Part shown: positions 41,415 to 51,400 of the stretch, one piece after another
Position numbering within the stretch: position 1 is the first letter of the stretch
How the letters are laid out: each line of letters begins with the position of its first letter
DNA from: a virus
IMG/VR virus record: IMGVR_UViG_3300048611_000080
Coordinates: 1-59,030 of that record
Reading direction: 5' to 3' (one strand)
Length of the DNA: 59,030 nucleotides
Notes under the pieces: model-generated
Told to the model about the DNA's origin: nothing
Databases searched by the model: none
The model's input: only the letters and a program-made list of their open reading frames with translations
Program-made: the position numbers and the translations under genes

Positions 41415-41626
41415 TCCTGTAACCTTCGCCGCAACACTCGCAGTCCGTTCTTTGCTGAATCGCGATACTGGGGCTTGTTCTCTTCCGCGACATTTGTCCG
41501 CCAGATTTCAAAGCGTTTGTCATACCGCTCTGACCTCAAGCTGAAGTGGGCAAAAATTTCTACCGCTTCACGCTCGATTGCTTCCTCATCTATTGGCGCA
41601 TCTGCTCTTGATGCCGCGCTGTCCAT
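41411..41626 (-). CDS. Hypothetical protein
   Basis: 71-aa ORF. Confidence 0.52.
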   Translation of the reverse strand: MDSAASRADAPIDEEAIEREAVEIFAHFSLRSERYDKRFEIWRTNVAEENKPQYRDSAKNGLRVLRRRLQE

Positions 41627-41757
41627 TAGTCGGCGGACTCGGAGTATTCGGTCATTGGGCCGTCAACCGCGTGCGGGAAGAACACGAAACCAGTCATCGC
41701 GGCGAGCATGATGCAGGCGAAGCCGCCAATGAGGAGTATCGCCTGAAGTCTGTTCAT
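41626..41757 (-). CDS. 43-aa TM peptide (start uncertain)
   Basis: MNRLQAILLIGGFACIMLAAMTGFVFFPHAV... within ORF 41626-41892. Longer starts would overlap the divergent methyltransferase gene. Confidence 0.4.
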   Translation of the reverse strand: MNRLQAILLIGGFACIMLAAMTGFVFFPHAVDGPMTEYSESAD

Positions 41758-41803
41758 GGCCTGATTTGACACCATTCTGCGCATTGCTTCAAGGTAGGAA
41801 CCC

Positions 41804-42580
41804 ATGCTCGCCGAGTCTATCTCTGTGACCCTTGATACCGTGGCGGATCCTGCTTTCCGCGCGCGTGCTTTCCATGAGTACAAGATCGTCACCCGTTATC
41901 TCGGACGGGTGGCTGACAACACCCGCATTCTCGACTTCGGATGTGGTGAAGGCATCGCCGCTGCGTCCTTCGCCTTGCGGCATCCCTCTGCGAAGGTTTT
42001 TGGAACCGACATTCAGACTGTGAACCCCGAACGGCTGCGCGCGAAACTGGAAAAACTCGTAGCGGCTCCATTGCCCGCCAACCTCGATCTCCGTCTCATT
42101 CCTCCATCCAGCCTGCCTGACGACATCCACGATCTCGACATCATCTACTCCTGGTCCGTGTTCGAGCACGTCCGCGCCGATCTCATCGTTCCGATCCTCA
42201 AGATGCTGCGCGAACGGCTGAGGCCAAGCGGCAAGTTCTTTCTCCAGATCGACCCGCTCTATTTCTCGCCCCGAGGCGCGCATCTCTACGGCGCCATCCC
42301 CGAGCCATGGTGTCATCTGCTTCACCAGACCGACGTGCTCCACGAGAAGCTGCTTGCCTCTTCGCTTCCAGACGCATCCAAGTCCCGGCTATGGGAGCAG
42401 TACCGAACACTTAACCGCGCGACCGCCGATGACATTACCGACGCCTGTGTCGAGGCGGGTTTCACAGTCGCGAAACGTGAGACGCTGAAGTCGGACCTTG
42501 AGTCGCCGGCGCCGCTTCTTCGCGCCTATTCGCGCGAGGCTCTGACCACCAGCGAGCTTCGGCTGCTGCTTGCACATTAG
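41804..42580 (+). CDS. Class I SAM-dependent methyltransferase (Methyltransf_11/23-like; no DNA-MTase motif seen)
   Basis: ILDFGCGEGIAA (motif I), FGTDI (motif II-like) and DIIYSWSVFEHV. Opposite strand to the flanking late genes. Its 3' end overlaps the tail-fibre stop by 4 nt. Confidence 0.75.
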   Translation: MLAESISVTLDTVADPAFRARAFHEYKIVTRYLGRVADNTRILDFGCGEGIAAASFALRHPSAKVFGTDIQTVNPERLRAKLEKLVAAPLPANLDLRLIPPSSLPDDIHDLDIIYSWSVFEHVRADLIVPILKMLRERLRPSGKFFLQIDPLYFSPRGAHLYGAIPEPWCHLLHQTDVLHEKLLASSLPDASKSRLWEQYRTLNRATADDITDACVEAGFTVAKRETLKSDLESPAPLLRAYSREALTTSELRLLLAH

Positions 42581-45435
42581 GACAGGACCAGCGGGCGGGC
42601 TGACTTGTAGGTGCCGCTCCACTCGAACCGGATCGGCGTGCCAACAACCATGTGCGTTCCCGCAATGACGGTCGTGGCGGTGTTTGGCTGCGCGAAATGA
42701 AACTGGCAGGTGGCGGCGTTTCCGTTCATCCTCAGGACAATTTCGGTTGTTCCTGCCGGGACGCTTGTCAGCCCCGCTGCCGCCCTGTTCATCACCGGAA
42801 TGTAGTCCGATTCATTCGCATCGCTGAACGCCGTGCGGGGAAAGCCGCTCAGGCGAAACTCACCAGAGCCTGAGCCGAGAGTCGTTATCCGAACCTGGAC
42901 CCTTGCCCGTACCCTGACGATACCAGGCTCAACCTCTTCCCAATCGCAATTTTGCGCGTCGATCTGCCAGGCATCCGCATCCACGGTGGAGAGGAACGGC
43001 GTAAGGTTGACCGATCCAGCCCGCGGCTTCGCTGGCATGGCATAAGAGTCGACATTAGTAAGCGTGATCCGCTCGACGCCGCCTGGCGGCGAGATGAGTT
43101 CATAGTCCTTGTAGGTGCTCCTGTTGACGCTCGCGGCCTCATAGATCGGCGTGTAAATGTTCTTGAACCGCGGTCCCTTGGCGACGTTGTTGCCGCCCGT
43201 GTGAGCGACTGAGTTGATCGTCGTATTTTCGGTGTAGATGCCGCGGTCGCCACTGTCGGCAGTTCCCACCTGCTCGATAAGTGGGCTTTCGATGACGCCG
43301 CCGCTTGCGCCCAAGAGCGCGATCGCTGAGTTGCGCGACGCATCGTTGGTGTACTGCGAAATATCGGTTGTTCCGCGGCGCCGGCCGAAGCCGATGATGC
43401 TGACGCCGGAGCCGATGCGGAACGGATATGCGCGGATGATAATCGGCGTCTGGTCGCTCATCTCAATGAGGATGTCGTCGATCGTCGACACGCGGGGCGG
43501 CTGCGTCGGCGTGCCGGCGTTGGCCATATGGATTCCGTCCGCACAGCTGATTATCGATCCGCCGCGGATCTGCACAATGCCCAAGTCACGCTTCGCGGTG
43601 ATGCCGACGCCGCAGTCATAGATCAGGTTGTTGAGAATGTCGCAAGCGCGCCCGTCATCTGCTGGATCATAGCCGGCAGTCGATTGACCGCTGGCGTAAA
43701 TCCCGGCGTCGCAGAATCGTCCGATGCGGTTTCCAGCCGCTTCGAACTGATCGATATCGACATAGGAAATGCCGGAGTCGCCGCTCCAATACGCCTCGGC
43801 GACATAGGAGAGCCCGGACACATCAAAGGTATCATCGTCGATCCTGGTTACGGTGTGGGGACCGGTGGAATACGCGGCCGACCCCCAGATGCGGATCGTT
43901 TCTCCGGTGTCGATACCGCCGCCACCAGCCGCACAAAGCTGGGAGCAGGTGAACCTGGCGTCACCCGATCCGTTGTCCGCGACGTTTGTGATCGGAAATC
44001 CGGACGCGCTGAAATCGGCCGGCTGCGCATAGGCCATCCGACCCGCTCCGCCGTGAAGGTGAGCGCCCTTAACGCTCCACCGCCGCGCGCGAGTCACGCC
44101 AAGCGCGGTGTTGGACGTTGTGTTCCAGGCGAAGGTCCCGCCAGAGACGTCGACCTCGCCACCGCGCCATTTGACGTCATAGGTATTACCTGGCCCAAGA
44201 AAATCGAACAGTTTGTCGGTTGAGGGCGCGTAGTATCCGAACGCGACGCCAGGCTGACATGCGACGTTGATGTGTCCGACGGTCGGATTGTAAGAAAGCG
44301 GCGACAACAGGTATTGTTGACCAGCGGTCTCAGGCGCCTCGAACACGCTGCGCTTGCCGGTCTCCATGCCGGCCTTGATGAACTCCAGAATGCGGTCGCG
44401 GTTGTCGCGGCCTAGCTTGACGCCGAATAGACTGGACTCCATGTCCGGGCGCCGCGTCAAAATGCGGTTGATGTAGATGGTCGAGCCATCGCGGAGCCAT
44501 TTTAGCCGCTCGCCGGCCTGCGCGACCTGATCGTAGCCGGTCTCCGTTACAAGGTTCGCGCCTTCCTCGAAGGTGATCTCGTCGCCGGCGTCGATCTCGA
44601 GCTCGCCAGACGACCCATCCGGGAACGCGCTGGCATCAATAGACGTGACCGTATCCGAGGTCCCGCTTTCGGCCTGGAGCGTGTGGGCGGATTTAGTGGC
44701 CGTCGCCACGCCCGACACGATGGGCAGGTTGGTGATCGCAACGCCGTTGGGAATGATTCCACCGCCCAGCCCGTCAGCCACCGTCTGAACATCGCCGATA
44801 TTGTCCGCGACGGTCTCGATGTCCTCCAGCGCGTCGAAAACTCCGACGACTTCGGCGTCTATGGCGGCGACCTGCTCGATGGCCTCGGCAATGCCCGCAA
44901 CGGTTGTCAGGTCAGGCTCATCGGAATGGTCGAACGAACCATCGGAATTGCGGATCAGGAACGCAGCGCCGGTAGTCGGCGGGGACGGGAATGCCGCGTT
45001 GGCCGTGGCGTCGGCGAACTGCAGCGGAACGGTCCGATCGAGCCGCGCCTTCAGTTCCTGCTGAAACTCGCCGACCTTGTCGAACCTGGACTCGACGCTC
45101 TCCGCATTGAACGACCCGCCGGTGGTGAGGTCGAGGTCTTGCGTATACGCTTGCACCCGCTCGGCGAGGATGCGCTGGGTCGATGTCAGAACCGCCTGCG
45201 AGCCGGTGAGTGTGAATGTCCGTGCGTCCTGCGTACCGCCTACCGAGTAGTCGGTATCCAGGACGAGGACCGTTCCGGCGTCGTTGTCCGTTGTAGCCGT
45301 CGCATAGCGGGTCAGCTTGACATGAGACGTCGAGACGAAACGGATCGGGACCGAGTTCTCGTCATTCAGCGAATACGGTCCCAAGGTGCCGTTGCCGAGG
45401 ATGCTAACTCGTGGAATTTGGACGACGAGAGTCAT
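42577..45435 (-). CDS. Tail fibre / tailspike protein
   Basis: 952 aa, last gene of the T7-order virion module (gp17 position). The Gly/Ser/Thr/Asn-rich central part is compatible with a beta-helix spike. Confidence 0.68.
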   Translation of the reverse strand: MTLVVQIPRVSILGNGTLGPYSLNDENSVPIRFVSTSHVKLTRYATATTDNDAGTVLVLDTDYSVGGTQDARTFTLTGSQAVLTSTQRILAERVQAYTQDLDLTTGGSFNAESVESRFDKVGEFQQELKARLDRTVPLQFADATANAAFPSPPTTGAAFLIRNSDGSFDHSDEPDLTTVAGIAEAIEQVAAIDAEVVGVFDALEDIETVADNIGDVQTVADGLGGGIIPNGVAITNLPIVSGVATATKSAHTLQAESGTSDTVTSIDASAFPDGSSGELEIDAGDEITFEEGANLVTETGYDQVAQAGERLKWLRDGSTIYINRILTRRPDMESSLFGVKLGRDNRDRILEFIKAGMETGKRSVFEAPETAGQQYLLSPLSYNPTVGHINVACQPGVAFGYYAPSTDKLFDFLGPGNTYDVKWRGGEVDVSGGTFAWNTTSNTALGVTRARRWSVKGAHLHGGAGRMAYAQPADFSASGFPITNVADNGSGDARFTCSQLCAAGGGGIDTGETIRIWGSAAYSTGPHTVTRIDDDTFDVSGLSYVAEAYWSGDSGISYVDIDQFEAAGNRIGRFCDAGIYASGQSTAGYDPADDGRACDILNNLIYDCGVGITAKRDLGIVQIRGGSIISCADGIHMANAGTPTQPPRVSTIDDILIEMSDQTPIIIRAYPFRIGSGVSIIGFGRRRGTTDISQYTNDASRNSAIALLGASGGVIESPLIEQVGTADSGDRGIYTENTTINSVAHTGGNNVAKGPRFKNIYTPIYEAASVNRSTYKDYELISPPGGVERITLTNVDSYAMPAKPRAGSVNLTPFLSTVDADAWQIDAQNCDWEEVEPGIVRVRARVQVRITTLGSGSGEFRLSGFPRTAFSDANESDYIPVMNRAAAGLTSVPAGTTEIVLRMNGNAATCQFHFAQPNTATTVIAGTHMVVGTPIRFEWSGTYKSARPLVLS

Positions 45436-45494
45436 GAAACTTTCCTTCCCGTCTGCTTGCGCAGCGGGTTGCGGTTCGGTTCAGAAGATCGGGG

Positions 45495-48400
45495 TCAGTT
45501 CGCGGGCGGAGGCCCGAAGAAGATCGCGGCGGGATTGTCGGTCTCGCCGTTCCACAGGGCTTGGGCGCCAAGAACGGATGCCTGCACCTGTCCTGCGGGG
45601 TAGTGGAAGACCATGCCGGCCGCTCGGTTGGCCGGCTTCCAGAAGCTCTGATCGAAGTCGGCTTCAGCGACCGCCGAGCCCATCTGGTTCAACTCACTGA
45701 AGATCGCGAGGCCCGCCGGACCCTTGTAACCATAGCTGTCATCGCCGCGCGCCGAACCGGCGAACTGCGAGACGCCGACGAATGGACCAAAGAGGAACGC
45801 CACTTGCTCGCGCGCGTACCGCTCCGCCCACTCCTCAGGCTCGTCATCATCACCGATGCCGCGCGTGAGGAGGTCAAGGGTCATCTTGCCCGCAACGGGA
45901 ACCGCAGCGAGGATCATCAGGTCCAACGACAGCGCTGCGATCTGCCCAGCCGTTCGTGCATTCCTGACGCGCTGGACGCCGAGGTTATAGGTCGTGATCA
46001 TATAGCTCATGAAGTTGGTCAGGATGCGCAGAAGCGCCGCGTATTTGGTCCCGGCCCCCGATTGCATCGCCGCGAGCTGGTGAAGCTCCCCGCCGCCCTG
46101 TGCGTCCACCACCGCCTGATCCGCCATGGCGATGGCGTCGCCTTCCTCCGCTCCATAGTGCTGCGCTTTGAAATAAGCCCCGTACCAGGTCGGCATGTCG
46201 ACGCCGTAGAACTGAGTATTCGCCATCAGGGCGAAGCCGTTGCGCACCATCCAGCGGTGCGCCATGCGCAGGTGGCGGGGAATGAACGAAGGCGTCCACT
46301 TGTTCTTCACCGCATCTAGCAAAGACGCCATTTCCGGGCTCTGCGTCTGGCGCCGATGACGCATGAATTCCGAGCGTTCCATGATCCAATCGGCCGAGGA
46401 CTGAAGCGTTGCAGCATCCTTGCCCATGCGGGCGTAGCCCTTGGCGACCCATGGGCCGCCGACACGGACAACCGAGTTGGAAGCGCCGAGGACCTGCAAT
46501 GCCGCTGTCGATGCCTTCCACGCAAGGCCAACGACGGTGGCCCCATTCCTCAGATGAGCGAGAAGGCCGGAGGTTCCCTCCATCCCGAACTTGGCGGTCA
46601 CGAGCTGGCTGACGATGGTGTTGTAGATTTGCCGACCATGACGCCCGACAATCGCATCCTCGACCTCGCGTCGCTTAATGATCCTGCCGATGTCGAACAG
46701 GATTTCTTCGGTCGCGATCGAGCGGGCGACTTCGTCTAGGTGCTGAACGATGACATCCAGGGCGGAGAGACGAAGCGGCAGTGTGACTTTGCCCTTGACC
46801 CGCTCGCGCGTGTAGCCTTCACGTCTGCGCTGCCCGATATTGCCGGTCTGCGGCAGGGCGTCGGCCTCGATGGCCCGCTGGCCGGTTTTGGATGACAGCT
46901 TGGGATCGAACTTCAGAGGGTAATATCCGCCGGCATAGATGCCGAAGCGGGTCGCGATCTGAAGCGGCTGCTCTTTTGACATCGGCGCGCCATGGACGGA
47001 TTCATGCACGCGGTTTGCTTCCGGGAACCATGTGTCGAGGTAGTTCCATGTGCTCTGCACCCAGTCCCAATCGCGCTTGGAGAGCGTGTCGAGAACTTCC
47101 TGAACTTGCCCCTCGTTCCACCCATAGGCGTCCATGAGGCGCTTGCGGTTGACGGCATTGCCCCAGTTGAGGGCGATGGCGAGGCGGCCCTGTGTGGTCA
47201 GCGAGCGGCCGATTCCATTGAAGCGGCGGCGGTCACGATAGAAGCGTTCCTGCTCCGCCTGAGTGTAGGCGCCGAACAGCCCGATCACATCCTCGCCCAT
47301 CTGCTTGCGCAGGCTGGAGAGATGTGCAAATGCGGCGTTGAGCGGCTTCACGATGTAGCGCCAGAAGACCCCACCGTCCTTGCCGCCCGCGAACTGGTGC
47401 GCCAGGGAGTGCAGCGTCCGATGCATGGCGAAGTATTTCTGCACCGAGCCTTTGACGATCTCACCTGCCGTGTCCGTCTCGAGCGGTTCGGGCGGCTTCT
47501 GGTTCGGCTGATTGGTTTCGACCTCGGCGGCGATATCCTCCGCCGCCAGAGACAGCCGGCGGCGCTCGCCTTCCTTGATCAGCCGGTCCTTGAGCGTCGC
47601 CAGCCGCCAGATCATGTCGGCTTCCGCCCTGACGCTCTCCAGCTCTTCGACAGTGAGGCTCTTGTAGTTGCGGGCCTCTGCGCCTTCGGCCAGTGCGGCA
47701 AGCGCCTGTGAGCGTTCCAGCGCCTCTGCGGCGGCAACGCGCTGTTCCTCCGACGTCTTTGTCGGGTCCTGATAGGCGGCGAAAGGATCGATGCCGGCCA
47801 TCTGCGCCTGGATCCATTGGGCGCGGGACGCCCTGCGGCCTTCCTGCCGCTTGCTTTCCGGGCGGAGCATGTAGTCGTCGAGAAGCCCGTTCATCTGCGA
47901 GGCGTAATCTTCGCCTGCCGAGAATAGCCGCTGCTGCTTGGTCTTGGACCCGTAGGCGATCAGATGCTTGCGGGTCTTCTCAGCATCCTCCGCCATCTTC
48001 CGACCTTCGCGGAACATGTGAAGGTTGACGAGCTGATAGCGCTTGAACTGCGCCGCCTCGTCGAACTTGCCCTTTCCGGCAGCCTCCATCGCTTTCCTGC
48101 CCCAGCGCTGTTCGAGGATCAGCCACTGGTTGTAGTTCAGAACCTCACGCACCTGCTTGGTGCGGAGGTTTTCCTGCGCCTGCTGCTTGGCGAGATTGCC
48201 GGCGAATTGCTGGCCTGCCGCCTTGGCGAGAGCTTCGAGCTCGATCTCGAAATGCCGCTGCTGTACCTCGTTGCGGGCGAACTTCTCCGCTTCCTGCATG
48301 ATGGTCCCGTCCTTGAACGGGTCGCCGTGTCTGGCGATCATGCGCTGTTCGGTGAGCTGCTTGATGAGGGCGTTGCGGCGCGGACCCTCTCTCAGGCCCT

Positions 48401-51400
48401 GCAGGAGAGCGTTGCCGTCCGGCATGTCGAAGAACGGGGCCGCCTCATCGGGGCCGATGGCGTTTTCCGTCTGGCCCGTGAGTGCTGTCTCGATCTTGGC
48501 CCGCAGAACAGCGCCGTCTTTCTCGGCTATGTCGATGCCTTGACCGTCGAACCACTGTTCCCATGTCTCGGCGTCGCGGATTTTCTGGACCGTGTCGATG
48601 TCAGTCCGGCTATAGAGTGGCCCCTGCCCGCCGACGTCATTGCCAAGCGCGTCGAGAAAGTCGTTGTCGTCCGGCGGGCTTTCGCCGCTGAAATATCCTT
48701 CCTCCCAAGCCGCAACCGCTGCATCATGAATACTGTAGGAGCGAACGCGCTTGTTGTCTTTGGTCTCGTCGGCCAGCAAACCGGGGGCAGTCTTGCGCTC
48801 CCCGATCATCGACTTGATCTCGCCGCCCGGATCGCGGATGCCGCTATAGGCTATCTTGTCGTTGCCTGAGCCGATGTAGCGCCTGCGGGCGAGGAACTGC
48901 CAGAGCGAGCGAGGCTTCTTCTGGTTGAGCGTCCGGCGCACGTCTCGCGCGATCTCTAGGAACTGGTCCGCATCCGTCGCCGCCGCACTGTAGGCGCGGA
49001 CCTCGGGAGGAAGCTTGGCTAGCGCGTCCTCGCCATATTGCTCGCGGACGGCATTGAGGTCGAGGCGCATGGGCGGGAGGTTAGGGGGTGGCACGGTGCG
49101 GCCCGAACTGCCAGTCTGCGCCAGCATTTCCTCATCGTTCGTCCACGTGCTTCCGAGTTCCTGATCGGCTTCGGGCTGGCGAACCATGGCGCCTTCGACG
49201 AACACGTTGATGTGGCCTGACCACGGATCGCGGACACCGACATAGCCTTCGGCTTTCAGCCTCGCGAACAGCGCTTTGGCCTGCGGCGTGTCGTCCGGCT
49301 TCTCGTAGTTCTCAAGTCCTCGGGACGTTTCCTCATCCAGATCGAACAGCTTGCCGTTGATCCTCCAAGCATCGATCTTACCTGTCTGTCCGCCCCACTC
49401 GGCGCCGATCCACGGCTCCTCTGCGGAGTACAGACCGTTGCCGAGACGCCCCTTTTCCACCTCGCCAAGAACGTCTTCGCCGCTGCCGCGATAGACAAGC
49501 AGGCCGCTACTGACTTCGCCCGATGCTGGGGCCTTTATGTCGGCTTCCGTGCCTGATGTGGCATACCACGCATGGACCCCGGCCTTGTCCATGTCGGCCA
49601 GAGTCGGCCACTTCTTCGGGTTGTAGACGCCGTGCTCAAGCTTGATGTCGCCGAGAGCGAACACGACGCGCGCGAGGTCATGGTGGTAGCCATCGTTCCC
49701 GCCTGGAAAGGCGATGATCCGGCCAGCATCGGTCCTGAACAGCAGGATGATCGGGACGACATTGTCATCCATCATCCGCTGGCGCAGGGCTGCCAGACTC
49801 TCGTCCGTGGCGTTCGGCTCGAAATATTTGGTGTTGTCTAGGAAGCCGTCAGCCTGCAACAGAGCGGACACGGCTTCAGCTTCGATAGCTGCCGCGTCGA
49901 TGAAGTCGCCCTGCGTTGACCTCCAACCGCCGCCTGACAGCCACTGGTAGGCGCGCTGTTCCGGACGCTCGTCGACTTCGGATGTGACCTCGGCGCGGAC
50001 CTGACGTTCTTCCGATCGCCACCAGGCTTTCTGGTTACGCTCGTAATCCTCCATGAGCCGGGCCATGAGGTCGGCTTCGGCCCGCTCTCTGGCGGCTAGC
50101 AGACGCGCCTTGGTGCGCTCGAATGCCTTCTCGGTGATGACGCCTTTGTCCAGCAGCGCCTTCGCCATCTGCTCGCTGTCACGCGCTGAGGTCTGGGTCG
50201 CGGCCTTGATGGCTTCCTCGGTTGCAAGCATGCGGTCGAATACGGCGCGGATTTCGTCGTTGAGGCGGACGCGGCGCCCGATCTGGGTTATGCTCTTATA
50301 GATGCGGAGGAGCCATTGCTTCAGCGTGGCAAAGACCGAGCGGAGACTGGTCGATGGGGCCTTGCCTTCGCGAAGATAGGCCTCGAATGTCTCGGCGAAG
50401 GCTTCGTGGACGTCGCGTCCCTCTTCCGTGACCCGGCCCTGCGCATCGAACATCGCCGTCCAGTTTGGCGACTTGCCCTTCCATTCGAGGATGGCGGCTA
50501 GCTGTTCCTGCACGAACGGGTGAGGCGTCTCGGTTTGCGCCATCTTCCACAGCGTATCAAGATACCAGTGAGAGGCTTCGTGGACGAAGGTGGAGAGATT
50601 GGAGGATTCGAACAGGCGGATGACAGAGCGGTCGGCGCGGGGCGTGAATGAACCGCGCATGTCGCCTTGGGCGAACGCCATCTTCGAGCGCGCCGCCTCG
50701 ACCCGGTCGGCATACTTCGACCGCATCGCCCTGATCTGGTTCTTGGCCTTGGCCGGATCGCGATCCGGGAACATGACCTGCGCGATGTCGGCAACGTCGG
50801 CGCCGCGCGCCAGCATGCGGATCACGCCCTCAGTCTCAGGCGCTTGCGGTCTCCCGCCGACCAGCTTTTCGGATGGGAACCCCTTCTTCTCCGCCCGGCC
50901 AAGGTAGACCGACACAGCGGTCTCGGTGACCTTGCCCTCCTCTCCGCCCATGCGGACGGCAATCTCATCGTTTGTTAGACCTTCGCTGGCGGCCTTCCAC
51001 GCCTCAAATTCGTTTTCGCTCAAGACACTGGACGCACGTGTCAGGGTTTCGTCATCGATTGGTGCGGGCGTCCGTCTGGTTTGTTGCGGAAGAGCGTCGG
51101 CGTCTTCCTCGCCGGTCAGCGCCGCGACGACATCGAACCCCATCTCTTTCCACAACGCTTCCGGGTCCTGCCCCGTCCGCTCCGCCAGCGTCACCACCAT
51201 CTCGCCTGCAATGGCTGCCTGCGTGTTGGCGGTCTCGGTGTTGAACAGCTTGGTGTTGGCTACCTGCTCGCGTATGGTTTCGCGAACGCGATCAGCGGAG
51301 TCGGCGAAGGTCTGTTCGGTCGTGGCCGAGGTTTCCCGCGCCTTCTGCTCCTCCTCGAACACGGCTTTCATGGCCTCGTGTTCCTTGGCCGTGAAGTCGT

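Noticed and set aside
49300-49520. Possible ADP-ribosyltransferase-like R-S-E pattern in the giant protein (LLVYRGSG ... GLYSAEE ... VFVEG, aa about 1262-1365).
   Set aside because: The spacing and the ExE element are not convincing by eye. Left as a point to test with profile searches, not claimed.
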